Shown: one piece after another, positions 16,536 to 26,234 of the stretch | How positions within the stretch are numbered: position 1 is the stretch's first letter | Layout of the letters: every line of letters begins with the position of its first letter | Origin: an uncultured Pirellulales bacterium | Lineage (GTDB): Bacteria > Planctomycetota > Phycisphaerae > Sedimentisphaerales > Anaerobacaceae | Length of the DNA stretch: 37,404 bases | Direction: 5' to 3' | NCBI GenBank assembly: GCA_964431825.1 | Contig: CAYSLN010000002.1 | Span: forward strand, 1 to 37,404 | Notes under the pieces: model-generated | The model's input: only the letters and a program-made list of their open reading frames with translations | Told to the model about the DNA's origin: nothing | Database searches by the model: none | Program-made: the position numbers and the translations under genes

Positions 16536-17234
16536 TTATTCTTCCTCTTTTATCTGCTTTAGTTTCTGGCAAAAATATGCCGAAATTGCAGGCTCTTTTG
16601 ATTCCGCTATAGAAGCCAATACCTTGGCTTTGGTCCTCTCAGTCATATAGTGAAGGATTTTTACAGCGTCGTCGGCACTGCCGTCTTTAGCCTGGCCCAT
16701 ATTCGTCAATATTTTCCCTGCACTTTCTGCATCCATCTTGTCATAAGTGGCTGCTATCGATATAAGATTATTCTTCTCGGCTGCGACAATCTCAACCCTG
16801 CTTTTTAGCAGTTTATCCTGCTCGCTCTTAAGACGGGCAACCGTTGAAGCAAGTTCGGTTCGCAGATTATGAAGTTCCTCGATATCAGTTTTTAGCACCT
16901 CTTGTGCTGTCTGCAGCCTCTGTTCTCTTATCTGAAGGGCCTGCAGTTTATTGTCGTACTCTTGTATCTTTTCCCGAACTTCATAAACAAGGCTTTTGAG
17001 CTGTTTTTCTGTCATGGTTTTTTTCATTTTGTTATCGACTGCAGTGGCGCTACTGGTTGTCGGCATCTGCGGCGTTGTCAGTCTCAACTCGGACTCCTCG
17101 TGAACCGGTTCTGTTTGCTCGGCTTCATAACTCTGTGTCTGTGGAGTTGTTTTAGTAAACCACGCAAAAGTGAACATCCCAACGAAGCTTATTAATCCAA
17201 TCATTACTATCATTATTATTAACTTTTTATTCAC
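16536..17234 (-). CDS. Membrane-anchored coiled-coil protein with an MgtE_N-like C-terminal domain (YlxF/MotE/FlbB-like)
   Basis: N-terminal TM helix and a long coiled coil. The C-terminal YDKMDAESAGKILTNM....AVKILHYMTERTKAKVLASI resembles the MgtE intracellular N-domain found in flagellar YlxF/MotE-type proteins. It is located between fliJ and motA. Confidence 0.55.
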   Translation of the reverse strand: MNKKLIIMIVMIGLISFVGMFTFAWFTKTTPQTQSYEAEQTEPVHEESELRLTTPQMPTTSSATAVDNKMKKTMTEKQLKSLVYEVREKIQEYDNKLQALQIREQRLQTAQEVLKTDIEELHNLRTELASTVARLKSEQDKLLKSRVEIVAAEKNNLISIAATYDKMDAESAGKILTNMGQAKDGSADDAVKILHYMTERTKAKVLASIAESKEPAISAYFCQKLKQIKEEE

Positions 17235-17275
17235 AACTCTATCTCCTTATTCAGCGATTGACCATTCGCGAAATC

Positions 17276-17749
17276 TCAGCCGATAGAATTATCAGCTTTA
17301 TCTCTCTGTATTATCTTTCGAGCAAAACCAATGGTAGTCATCTCGTCCGCCTCCTTTTGCTCAAGTCGTTCTTGCTCCTTTATAAATTGTATTTTTGCTT
17401 CCACTCGCAGCTTTTCCAAACCTTCTTTAAACCGTTTGAGTTTTAAAACCTCAGCGATTTTTTCTCTCTGCCGTGTTTCAAGTTCATTTACTTTGTTTTC
17501 GAGCTCCTTGATAAGCACATCGTTCGTTACCGAACACTTCAGAAAAAACTCTTGTTTGCCCAAGCGCCTCCTGGGACGCTCTTCTGTTATACTATCGATT
17601 ATGTTCTCTAATACCCTTTTTTGTTGTAACAGTTCACCTCGTGCTCGAGCTAACTTTTCGGTTACCTCAAGCAATTCCGCTTTCTTTATTTGTTCTTCCT
17701 TTCTTTTTATGTCAAGAACACGCTGCAGGCGCCATGCAAATCGTTTCAT
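17276..17749 (-). CDS. fliJ: Flagellar export protein FliJ
   Basis: 157-aa coiled-coil protein. The N-terminus FAWRLQRVLDIKRKEEQIKKAELLEV... is typical of FliJ. It lies immediately downstream of fliI. Confidence 0.78.
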   Translation of the reverse strand: MKRFAWRLQRVLDIKRKEEQIKKAELLEVTEKLARARGELLQQKRVLENIIDSITEERPRRRLGKQEFFLKCSVTNDVLIKELENKVNELETRQREKIAEVLKLKRFKEGLEKLRVEAKIQFIKEQERLEQKEADEMTTIGFARKIIQRDKADNSIG

Positions 17750-17801
17750 TTATCCCGTACCAATTACAATTATCCACGACACCAATCAGATTGATATGGG
17801 A

Positions 17802-19223
17802 CTAATTTTCATTTTTCTCAATATTAACATTTAACATTTCGTCCCACACTTCTGTAATAGCAGTTAACTGCTTGACAGTTTCTTCAAAACTGGTCCTGTC
17901 TCGAACAGGTTGGATAAGAAAGTTATTTAATCTGTCAATTAACGCGATTGCTCCATCAATACGGCGATTACTACCCGCTGAAAATGCGCCGATGTTTATC
18001 ATATCTTCAGCATCGATATAAGTGGCGTATATCTCCTTAAGTTTCTGAGCTGCCAACTTATGTTGCTCACTTACCACTGCGGGCATCAATCGACTTATGC
18101 TGGCCAAAATATCCACCGCGGGATAATGTCCGCGCTCGGCCAGTTTTCTTGACAAAACTATATGCCCATCCAGCAAGCTCTTGGCACTATCTGCTACGGG
18201 GTCAGACAAGTCATCGTTCTCAACAAGAACTGTCAGAATTCCTGTAATGCTGCCATTTTTAGAGCACCCTAAACGCTCGACAAGCCTCGGCATCAACGAG
18301 AAAACGCTTGGACAGTAACCTTTTGCTGCGGGTGGTTCACCGGCAGCAAGACCTATTTCTCGCTGAGCCTGGGCAAATCGCGTAAACGAATCCATCATAA
18401 ACAAAACATTTTTACCTTTGTCTCTGAAATACTCAGCAATTGTTACAGCTACAAACGCTGCTTTTACCCTCTGAATCGGGGGCGAATCCGATGCAGCAAT
18501 CACAACCACACTGCGAGCCAGTCCCTCATGACCAAGGTCTCCCTCGAGAAACTCCCGAACCTCCCGGCCACGTTCTCCTATCAATGCGACAATATTTACA
18601 TCCGCATCACTCGAATTGGCTATATCACCAAGTAGTACGCTTTTGCCTACTCCGCTGCCTGAGAAAATACCCACTCGCTGTCCCCTGCCGCAGGTTAACG
18701 TGCTATCAATTGACCTGATACCTAAAGCCAGAGGCTGGCTAATTTTTTCCCTGCTCAACGCTGGCGGGCCGCTGGCATCCAATGCTTTCTTCTCAGTCCC
18801 AGCCAACGGCCCTTTACCATCGATAGGCTCTCCCAATCCGTTTAGTACTCTGCCCAATACGTTCTCGCTTAGAATAATATAGCGTGGTGTGGCTCGCGTA
18901 GTTACAGTATCGCCGGGCGATATACCCTCTATATGTTCTAACGGAAGCAAAATAAGCCGATCCCCATGAAAACCCACTACTTCTGCCAATATGCGCCGAC
19001 CATCACGAATCTTGATGCCGCAAAGTTCACCTAAGCCAACTTTGGGACCGCTGGATTCAACCGTCAAACCAGAAACCCGAATCACAGAACCCTGACAATT
19101 CAACAAATTCACCGCACGCAAGGCAGAGTGAAATTTATCAAAATCAATTAAATTATTGCCGGCTTCGCCGAACGCATCTTGCTCTGTTTGAACTTTCTGC
19201 CCTTTAACTTCGCTCGTAGCCAT
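17802..19223 (-). CDS. fliI: Flagellum-specific ATPase FliI
   Basis: Walker A GQRVGIFSGSGVGKSVLL. Walker B region VLFMMDSFTRFAQAQREI. The F1/T3SS ATPase blocks PSVFS..PRL.ER and SITGILTVLVE.DD..DPVAD are also present. Confidence 0.96.
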   Translation of the reverse strand: MATSEVKGQKVQTEQDAFGEAGNNLIDFDKFHSALRAVNLLNCQGSVIRVSGLTVESSGPKVGLGELCGIKIRDGRRILAEVVGFHGDRLILLPLEHIEGISPGDTVTTRATPRYIILSENVLGRVLNGLGEPIDGKGPLAGTEKKALDASGPPALSREKISQPLALGIRSIDSTLTCGRGQRVGIFSGSGVGKSVLLGDIANSSDADVNIVALIGERGREVREFLEGDLGHEGLARSVVVIAASDSPPIQRVKAAFVAVTIAEYFRDKGKNVLFMMDSFTRFAQAQREIGLAAGEPPAAKGYCPSVFSLMPRLVERLGCSKNGSITGILTVLVENDDLSDPVADSAKSLLDGHIVLSRKLAERGHYPAVDILASISRLMPAVVSEQHKLAAQKLKEIYATYIDAEDMINIGAFSAGSNRRIDGAIALIDRLNNFLIQPVRDRTSFEETVKQLTAITEVWDEMLNVNIEKNEN

Positions 19224-19226
19224 AAG

Positions 19227-19808
19227 TTATTCCATCTTTTCCAGAGCCTTTCCGACCTGCTCAAGATGTTCCTCGATTAATGATTTTATTATTCCCTTTG
19301 GGCTCTCAAGTACACATTCAGCCCGTCCAACATTGCTATCAGCAACAACTTTAACTCCAGCTAATGTGCCACCGCCTTCACCCTGTTGAGCTTTCTGGTA
19401 GCCGGCCAGGTCTTCAGGATTCAAATGCACTACTAAATCCTGGCGAGTGGGGGCATTTTCAAGAGCCTCTTTAACAATCGATTCAATTTCATAGTCACCA
19501 TCCTGGACTTTTTGCATCAATATTTTTCTGGCAATTTCCACCGAGAGTTTGGCAATTTCTTCTTTTTGGCTAGCAAAAACCTCATCGTAAAACTGGCTGA
19601 GTTTGGCAGCCAGACCTTGAAGTGTCCGGCAAACCTCGTTATACAAACACTTCTGTGCTTGCAACTCTTCTAACAACTTGGTTTGGTCGGCATTAGCTGC
19701 CGGATTCATTGCATCTGTAACAGATGATTCGACACCACCACGGTAATCATCCGATATTTTTACCGACTTAATCGGCTTAGCAAGATTGACCGCAACTGTA
19801 CCTGGCAT
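19227..19808 (-). CDS. fliH: Flagellar export protein FliH (FliI regulator)
   Basis: 193 aa. A central helical region (EEIAKLSVEIARKIL) is followed by a C-terminal block LVVHLNPEDL...VVADSNVGRAECVLESPKGIIKSLIEEHLEQV, typical of FliH. It lies between fliG and fliI. Confidence 0.77.
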   Translation of the reverse strand: MPGTVAVNLAKPIKSVKISDDYRGGVESSVTDAMNPAANADQTKLLEELQAQKCLYNEVCRTLQGLAAKLSQFYDEVFASQKEEIAKLSVEIARKILMQKVQDGDYEIESIVKEALENAPTRQDLVVHLNPEDLAGYQKAQQGEGGGTLAGVKVVADSNVGRAECVLESPKGIIKSLIEEHLEQVGKALEKME

Positions 19809-19812
19809 TGTG

Positions 19813-20811
19813 TTATTCTTCTATAAAGTTGAGTTCACCTTTTTCATTTTTTTCCCGTAAAACCTTGACAATCTCCTCTCTGGCTTGCTCAATATCATCT
19901 TTCTTGGGAGAAGACATAAGTGACGTTTCTTCGTCTATTGCAGCTGCTGCACGCTCGGAGATGTTAGACCTGATTTTTTCAGAAATTGTTTCATCAGCTT
20001 TGACCAACGCTAATGCTAATTTCTGGGAATCAATCCCCCGTAGTGCTTCTTGCATCGACCTGTCAGCAACTTGAGTAACATCCTCCCACAGTATCATCAG
20101 ATTGGCTACTTTATCTCCAATTTCGCTGTCTTTTTCCTGTACTGCGCCAAGTAAACCATCTCGAAGTTCTTTGCCAAGGTTTCGCAATATGACCGCTACC
20201 TTCCTTAATGACCCTTCAGCGCTAACTTGGGTAGCACCGCTTTTCCCTGCTGTGAAGGTTTCAAGACGCTTGCAAACCGCCTCCGCTATTCGTGTCTTTG
20301 GCTCAGCAGCCACGACATCAGAAGCGGTCATCCTGTTGATAGCACTAAGCCGAACACCTTCTTCTAAAAGACTAAGAACCTCTGAGCTCTTCCTGGCTGG
20401 CAATTCTGATAAAACCACCGCAGTTGCCTGCGGATGCTCATTTTCTAAAACAGATGCTATTGTCTTCGAATCCGCCGAGCGAATAGATATAAAAGGATCG
20501 CGTTCTTGCAGCAGGTTTTCAATCTGGGTTTGTATTTGCTCTGCTTTTTCGTTGCCAACCGTACTCTTTAGCATCGTGTTCAAAAAACTCTTAAGATGAA
20601 ATCCTTTCTTAGCTTGCAGTGAATTGCAGAACTGACGTGCAACTTCGGCACTCTGATGGGTATCGCGTAAACCTGATGCGTCCAGATATGCCAGTTCCAC
20701 GGCTATTTCCTGAACAACTTCAGGATTCACACCTTTGAGCAATTCAGCAGCACTTACTGCATCAAGACTCATCAACAACATTGCAGCTTTTTGTTTACCA
20801 TTCAATACCAC
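19813..20811 (-). CDS. fliG: Flagellar motor switch protein FliG
   Basis: 332 aa. Contains KAAMLLMSL, the MgtE_N-like middle region, and a C-terminal torque-helix region ALRGIDSQKLALALVKADETISEKIRSNISERAAAAIDEE. Confidence 0.93.
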   Translation of the reverse strand: MVLNGKQKAAMLLMSLDAVSAAELLKGVNPEVVQEIAVELAYLDASGLRDTHQSAEVARQFCNSLQAKKGFHLKSFLNTMLKSTVGNEKAEQIQTQIENLLQERDPFISIRSADSKTIASVLENEHPQATAVVLSELPARKSSEVLSLLEEGVRLSAINRMTASDVVAAEPKTRIAEAVCKRLETFTAGKSGATQVSAEGSLRKVAVILRNLGKELRDGLLGAVQEKDSEIGDKVANLMILWEDVTQVADRSMQEALRGIDSQKLALALVKADETISEKIRSNISERAAAAIDEETSLMSSPKKDDIEQAREEIVKVLREKNEKGELNFIEE

Positions 20812-22356
20812 TTACTTAACCCCCTTTTCCTCTAGCCAGCTTGAAAACAATTGTTTAGCCTGCTCAGGATTACTTCGCAGGCTATTAGCTATTTGTCTGC
20901 GCAGCACTAATGGGTCAGAATCCTCTGCACCAGCTGGCAAAAGACCAGCAGTTTCACCGCTTGCTGCAGGTAACTGCCCTGCTGTAGCCAACGCAGCAGC
21001 TTTTTTCTTTGCACCGCTGAACATTTTCAGGACCAATAGTGCACAAATTGCCATAATACCAAGCGAAGCCTGTCCTGCCATCGCTACAAAATCGAGCCCA
21101 CCAGAATTCTCTTCATCAAGCAAAGCTTCTGTTTGACGATTAAATTTGATATCAACTACTTTAAGCCCGTCTTCAGCCAACTTCGGGCCAACAGCTTTCT
21201 TTATAATTTCCTGTACTTCTTCGATTTCCATTATCTTTCCAGCTTCGGTAGCTGACGCTTCTTCGGTTCCTCCTTCTGTGGCGGTTTCAGCCCCCTCTTG
21301 TCTAACCGACAGATCAACAAAAGCTGCCACTGTCACGGACTTTACCTCACCAGGTAATTCAACTGTTTGTTGAACGGTTTTCGGAACTAAGTATTCAGTC
21401 ATGATTGTTTCGCCTACTTTTTTGCTTGGCGTTGTAGCCGTCTCGCCCTCGGCTGATGCCACGCCTCCTTCCGTCTCAGATGTGCTTTCAATCTCTTCTC
21501 TTTTTGTTACCTTTTTACCTTCATCATAGATTTCCTTGGCGACATTGCTGCTCGTCATATCAACCTCGGCACTTACCTCTACCTCTGCACGGCCGGGACC
21601 CAAGACGACAGTCAGCATATTTTCAAGTTTATTTGCTAAATTTTGCTCTACTCTTTCCTTGTAATCGGCAATCGTGCCGGCGCCCCCAGCCATTATTTGG
21701 TCCGATTCCCTGGAGAGAAGATTTCCTTGACTATCCACAACGGTTACGTCTTCGGCATTGAGCCCTTCGACACTGCCCGCCACTAAATGTGTAATCGCTG
21801 CGATATTCAAAACGCCCCGTTGATAACCGGGTTTTAGACGAAGAACTACAGAGGCGCTTGTCTCGGAACTTCCGGATGCGAAAACCGTTCGTTCAGCGCT
21901 GACTATATGAACTCGCGCATGACTTACGCCATCAATCATTTGTATGCTCTTGGCAAGTTCATCCTGGAGGGCTCGCTTCAAATTTACGTTCTGCACAAAC
22001 GGGCTTATTCCAATCTTCTCATCGTCAAATATCCCGTAGCCTTTCTGACCACCTTCAGGCAGGCCGTCTTTTGCCATATCCAGGCGAAGCTGTGCCACAC
22101 TTTCCTTTGGGGCATAAATGGTTGTGCCCCCCCTCGCTAATTTGTAAACAATCCCTTTCTCGGCAATCTTCTCTGTAATCTTAGCCGCTTCTTCAGGGTC
22201 AAGATTAGAATAAAGCAACCCCATATCCGGTCTGCGAGCCCAGTGAACGAGCAATACACTAACAGTAACGATTGTTAATACTATCGCAATCAACAAAGTC
22301 CGTTGGACTATACTTACGTTCTGCCAAATCGCTTCTATCTTCTGGAAAAAATTCAT
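20812..22356 (-). CDS. fliF: Flagellar MS-ring protein FliF
   Basis: N-terminal TM helix. Contains YKL..GG.TIYAP, LP.GG..GYGIFD, RALQDELAKSI and HARVHIV, plus a second TM near the C-terminus. It directly abuts fliG. Confidence 0.93.
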   Translation of the reverse strand: MNFFQKIEAIWQNVSIVQRTLLIAIVLTIVTVSVLLVHWARRPDMGLLYSNLDPEEAAKITEKIAEKGIVYKLARGGTTIYAPKESVAQLRLDMAKDGLPEGGQKGYGIFDDEKIGISPFVQNVNLKRALQDELAKSIQMIDGVSHARVHIVSAERTVFASGSSETSASVVLRLKPGYQRGVLNIAAITHLVAGSVEGLNAEDVTVVDSQGNLLSRESDQIMAGGAGTIADYKERVEQNLANKLENMLTVVLGPGRAEVEVSAEVDMTSSNVAKEIYDEGKKVTKREEIESTSETEGGVASAEGETATTPSKKVGETIMTEYLVPKTVQQTVELPGEVKSVTVAAFVDLSVRQEGAETATEGGTEEASATEAGKIMEIEEVQEIIKKAVGPKLAEDGLKVVDIKFNRQTEALLDEENSGGLDFVAMAGQASLGIMAICALLVLKMFSGAKKKAAALATAGQLPAASGETAGLLPAGAEDSDPLVLRRQIANSLRSNPEQAKQLFSSWLEEKGVK

Positions 22357-22411
22357 TAAACCCTTTCGTTGATTGACAACTTGCTAACAAAAAAAGGTCA
22401 TAAATGTTCAA

Positions 22412-22732
22412 TTATAATGGCATATTCATAGTTTGTTTGTAGGCCTCAATTAGCTTATTCCTGACACCCACGAGAAGTTTAAAACTCATATCAGCCTTCG
22501 CCACTGCTGATACTACCGACGTAATGTCTTCATTTTTGCCGGACAATAAATCTTTTACGGATATATCCGATGATTGTTGAAGATCATCCACTTCGGATAT
22601 ATGTTTTCCAACAACCTTAACAGCATCAGCGAACCCCGACTTTGGATTTGTGGTTTTGGCGTTGGTTGTCCCGACAGCATCGGGACTAGTCTTAGGTAAT
22701 ATTGAGCTGACATTGGCATTTAAGTGAACCAT
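22412..22732 (-). CDS. fliE: Flagellar hook-basal body complex protein FliE
   Basis: 106 aa. FADAVK...V..LQQ in the centre and a C-terminal KADMSFKLLVGVRNKLIEAYKQTMNM are typical of FliE. Confidence 0.86.
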   Translation of the reverse strand: MVHLNANVSSILPKTSPDAVGTTNAKTTNPKSGFADAVKVVGKHISEVDDLQQSSDISVKDLLSGKNEDITSVVSAVAKADMSFKLLVGVRNKLIEAYKQTMNMPL

Positions 22733-22743
22733 TTCATTTTACC

Positions 22744-23175
22744 TTATCTAAGTAATTCAAGCGTAGTTTCCACCATTTCCTGATAACGCTTCAGAACCGC
22801 CGTGTTAGCCTGATATGCTCGCGCCGCAATGTTCAAATTCATCATCTCGACGGGCAACTTAACATTTGGCATTGTCACATATCCCTGCTCATCTGCATCT
22901 GGATGTCCGGGCTTTAATATCCTTGGGAAATCGCTCATGTCCATCGTTATTTCATCAAGGCTAACTCCCCCTACGCCATCACCGTCTGTTTTTAAGACCG
23001 CTTCAAGCCTGCGATAAGGCTGACCGTTACCGTTATCTGTAGACTGAGCATTTGCAACATTCGACGAAATCAAATCTATGTTTTTCTTTTGTGCTCGCAG
23101 GCCCGAAATCGCTATATCTATAGGGCCAAAACCTGTATCTACTTCCATCGGTATCTGCCTTTCACTAAACACCAC
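22744..23175 (-). CDS. flgC: Flagellar proximal rod protein FlgC
   Basis: ISGLRAQKKNIDLISSNVANAQST...PYRR in the N-terminal part. GHPDADEQGYVTMPNVKLPVEMMNLNIAARAYQAN at the C-terminus. Confidence 0.93.
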   Translation of the reverse strand: MVFSERQIPMEVDTGFGPIDIAISGLRAQKKNIDLISSNVANAQSTDNGNGQPYRRLEAVLKTDGDGVGGVSLDEITMDMSDFPRILKPGHPDADEQGYVTMPNVKLPVEMMNLNIAARAYQANTAVLKRYQEMVETTLELLR

Positions 23176-23191
23176 AGTTAACCACCGTGAT

Positions 23192-23551
23192 TTATTTCAC
23201 ACTTATAGCTAATTCTATTTGTTGATATTTTTTCTGAAGGAGCCGAATATATGCTTTATGGCGAAGAGTATTCTTTACCATCTGGCCCACCTCGAATTCC
23301 AGGCTGACATCATTACCGTTTGATTTCACCTCAGTCTTTTTAGGCTGGTAAATCTGCGCCTCGATTTCTTTCAAATCAACATCTCCAGATGAACTCAGTG
23401 CTTTGGAAAGTAATTCCCTGAACTTGACATCAATCCTGCGGTATTCCGGGGTTCGGAGATTAGCAACATTATTGGCAATTGTCTTCTGGCGAAGGCTTTC
23501 AGCCCTTATGCCAGCAGCTATAATGTCCACTATATTGTTTGCTTTAGACAT
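23192..23551 (-). CDS. flgB: Flagellar proximal rod protein FlgB
   Basis: QKTIANNVANLRTPEYRR in the N-terminal part. GNDVSLEFEVGQMVKNTLRHKAYIRLL at the C-terminus. It is the first gene of the minus-strand operon. Confidence 0.9.
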   Translation of the reverse strand: MSKANNIVDIIAAGIRAESLRQKTIANNVANLRTPEYRRIDVKFRELLSKALSSSGDVDLKEIEAQIYQPKKTEVKSNGNDVSLEFEVGQMVKNTLRHKAYIRLLQKKYQQIELAISVK

Positions 23552-23601
23552 CAGCTTTCAAATCCGGCACACAAAATTTATTTCTATCAAAAGTAAGAAT
23601 T

Positions 23602-23618
23602 AGCAATAATCATGCCAA
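23602..23618 (-). promoter_or_regulatory. sigma54 (-24/-12) promoter, minus-strand sequence TTGGCATGATTATTGCT
   Basis: TGGCAT-N5-TTGC with exact GG-N10-GC spacing. It lies about 50 nt upstream of the flgB ATG in the correct orientation. Confidence 0.66.
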
Positions 23619-23939
23619 ACCACCAAAGTTCGTAATTTTCGATCTATCAGCTGCCTTTTTTATGCTAAAAACCCCCTAAAACAGAAATAACGGCTTATTT
23701 GAGCACCCTCGACGATGTCAAAATCCTATACACTGAGGTGCTTACTTTACATTTTCCATTCTCCAAAAGATTTTCCAATTCGCCCCGACAAAACCGGAAA
23801 TTCCTTCCTGTTGTTCGGAATATCTCGCCGTAACCACAGCTAACCAAAGGGTTTTTTAAATTAGTCGCCATAATTTTAGTGTTTATAAACCCTTATTAAA
23901 TAAAGAATTGCATCCTTTTGCGGAAAGGCGTCCAAATAG

Positions 23940-23955
23940 TGGCATAACAATTGCT
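23940..23955 (+). promoter_or_regulatory. sigma54 (-24/-12) promoter, TGGCATAACAATTGCT
   Basis: TGGCAT-N5-TTGC with exact GG-N10-GC spacing. It is divergent from the flgB promoter and upstream of fliK. It overlaps the TTG that opens the ORF-track version of fliK. Confidence 0.66.
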
Positions 23956-24055
23956 TAAGTACTACTGTATGGATATATGTTTGTTTAAAAGTACGTTTGT
24001 AGATAACGTTGCCACTAAATCAGCTACAACCTCGCATGTGAAACAACCTACCGCA

Positions 24056-26128
24056 ATGCAAGCTGATAATGTGCCCCTAACCAATACCGGCAAAACAGTA
24101 ACGACCGATAATTCGCTACTTATTGGTCAAAAACAACCCGCTACCGAGTCATTGAAGAACTTTAACCATACACTCGACAAGAAAATATCTAACAAAACGT
24201 CCCGGAATGCTCAGCCTAATCAACCTAATAAAAGGAAAAAGCGAGACCAGAGCTCCGGGACGCTTTCTAATAAGCTTTCTAATGAAGCAATACATCCCGC
24301 TGAGCCTCTTATGCTTCAAGAAAGACTAACTCGGCCTGTGGTACTTGACAAAACCGCCAACGCAAAACTCCTAAACCAGTTCCAGCAAAAAATAGAAACC
24401 CATCAGGGTAAAACCATCCGGCTAATCAACGACTCCAACAGCTCCCTCCAAACATCTTCTCTTATCACCCAGCCTGTCAAAACAATTACCAACAGCCCCG
24501 ACCAAATAGTATCTACCACCGCCAAACCTGAAAATAAATCTATTCGACCAACCATTGACCAAAGCCAGATTAAATCCGAAATCATTTTACCTAGCATCCC
24601 TAATAAATCGCTCTTCTCCAATGCTCAGTTTGAAAAAGACAAAGATACCGGGAAAATGCAGGTACCTGATAAAGCATTCGTTGCCAAAGAAAAACTCGTC
24701 AACCAGGAAAATGCCAAAGAGTTGTTACAAGAACTACCTCTCAGCAACAGTAAAACAATAACTGCCAGTAAAAAACTTATTGTTACAGATAAACCATTAG
24801 TTCCCGAAAGTCCAAAAACACTCGAAACAAATAAAGCAGCTACTACTTCAAAAGCGATCACTGACCGAAAAAGCAGTCAGGAAATAGTATCAGAAACGCT
24901 CCCCGGTGACAGTAAAATAACCATCGCAGGTGAAAAACCACTAACAATGAACAAATCAACTGTTGTTGCTTCTTCCAGATTACACACATTTGATAAACCG
25001 ATTACCACCACCAAAACCCTTACTTACCGTGATGGCGGCAAAGACTTGATGCCTGAAACGCACACAGGTGGAAAGCCGGTTGTGACAAATGAGCTATCTG
25101 TTTTGTCAGGCGCCGAAACAACAGTAGCAACTAAACCAGTTATGACTTCAACAGTCCCTTCCAATCAGCAAAGCGGCAAAGAATCAACCCCCAAAACAGT
25201 CATCAGCAACAGCAAAACAACTGCCGACACTGAACAATCGGTTGTCACAAATAAACCCTTTGCCTCTGACGAACATTCATCTCATGCCCAGCAGAAGGTA
25301 TTGATTGGTCAGGAAATACCGACACAGGCTGGGGAGAAAACAACACCTAATAAAGCCGATACCGACCAGAAAGACCATCGCGGCGAAACAGAACTCCTTG
25401 AGTCACCGGAAAAGAACAGAGTCCTTATCGAGAACCCCTCTGTCAAATCCATCGCACATAAAATGAACCAACCACTGGTGGAGTTATCTGCCCAAAAAGC
25501 GGAAAACCACAACAACCTTCTTTCGAACCAGGCACCCAAACCAGATATGGAGCTGTATGAGCAGGAATTTACCGGTAGAAACGTCCAACTCGGGATTACA
25601 GAACAATCACCGGCCTCACCCACCTCTGGGGCATTTATTAAGAACGCTGGTAATGTTGATTCTGGCGACAGTGTCGGCGAACAAATTCAGGAATCCATCC
25701 ACAGTTCTTTCCTGCGGGGCAACCAGCAAATCATTATTCGCCTAAATCCACCCGAGCTTGGAAAGGTTGCTATAAAATTCACCGAACAGGGCAACGATAT
25801 CACCGGTTTATTACAGGTCGATAAACCACAAACCAGAGACCAGATACAACAGGCACTGCCTGAAATAGTTCAAAACCTTCAGAATTGCGGCATTGGCATA
25901 AAAAGGCTCGATGTTGTATTAACAAACCAGCAAGAGCAATATACCTCGAAAGATCAATCATCAACAGCCGGACAGGACAGCTGGTCTGAACAGCAAAGCT
26001 CGCCGAATCCCGATTCGCAAAGAAATAATACCACTTACAACGAATGGCTGACAAGTATTGACAACGACATGGAATTTAACGAAGCCCAGATGCAGTTTGC
26101 CGGCAGTTCCATAAATATGTTGATATAA
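24056..26128 (+). CDS. fliK: Flagellar hook-length control protein FliK (long, low-complexity N-terminal region)
   Basis: The C-terminal block QQIIIRLNPPELGKVAIKFTEQGNDITGLLQVDKPQTRDQIQQALPEIVQNLQNCGIGIKRLDVVL matches the Flg_hook/FliK C-terminal domain. The start is uncertain. I chose ATG 24056 because the TTG at 23951 lies inside the predicted -12 element. The ATG at 23969 would leave a leader of only about 3 nt. Confidence 0.72.
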   Translation: MQADNVPLTNTGKTVTTDNSLLIGQKQPATESLKNFNHTLDKKISNKTSRNAQPNQPNKRKKRDQSSGTLSNKLSNEAIHPAEPLMLQERLTRPVVLDKTANAKLLNQFQQKIETHQGKTIRLINDSNSSLQTSSLITQPVKTITNSPDQIVSTTAKPENKSIRPTIDQSQIKSEIILPSIPNKSLFSNAQFEKDKDTGKMQVPDKAFVAKEKLVNQENAKELLQELPLSNSKTITASKKLIVTDKPLVPESPKTLETNKAATTSKAITDRKSSQEIVSETLPGDSKITIAGEKPLTMNKSTVVASSRLHTFDKPITTTKTLTYRDGGKDLMPETHTGGKPVVTNELSVLSGAETTVATKPVMTSTVPSNQQSGKESTPKTVISNSKTTADTEQSVVTNKPFASDEHSSHAQQKVLIGQEIPTQAGEKTTPNKADTDQKDHRGETELLESPEKNRVLIENPSVKSIAHKMNQPLVELSAQKAENHNNLLSNQAPKPDMELYEQEFTGRNVQLGITEQSPASPTSGAFIKNAGNVDSGDSVGEQIQESIHSSFLRGNQQIIIRLNPPELGKVAIKFTEQGNDITGLLQVDKPQTRDQIQQALPEIVQNLQNCGIGIKRLDVVLTNQQEQYTSKDQSSTAGQDSWSEQQSSPNPDSQRNNTTYNEWLTSIDNDMEFNEAQMQFAGSSINMLI

Positions 26129-26234
26129 AGACTTCTAAAAAAATTATCAGCAATGCTGCATGGCAAGCTTAAATGAAAATACTGGATTAACTTCGCTAAA
26201 TACTTCGAAATGAATTAAATCACGGAAAGTTGCG

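Noticed and set aside
23951-24055. N-terminal extension of fliK from the ORF track (TTG 23951, MLKYYCMDICLFK...).
   Set aside because: The TTG overlaps the -12 element of the sigma54 promoter, and the ATG at 23969 would leave a leader of only about 3 nt. The Cys/Phe/Tyr-rich peptide is also unlike the polar, disordered N-termini of FliK export substrates. The true start remains uncertain.
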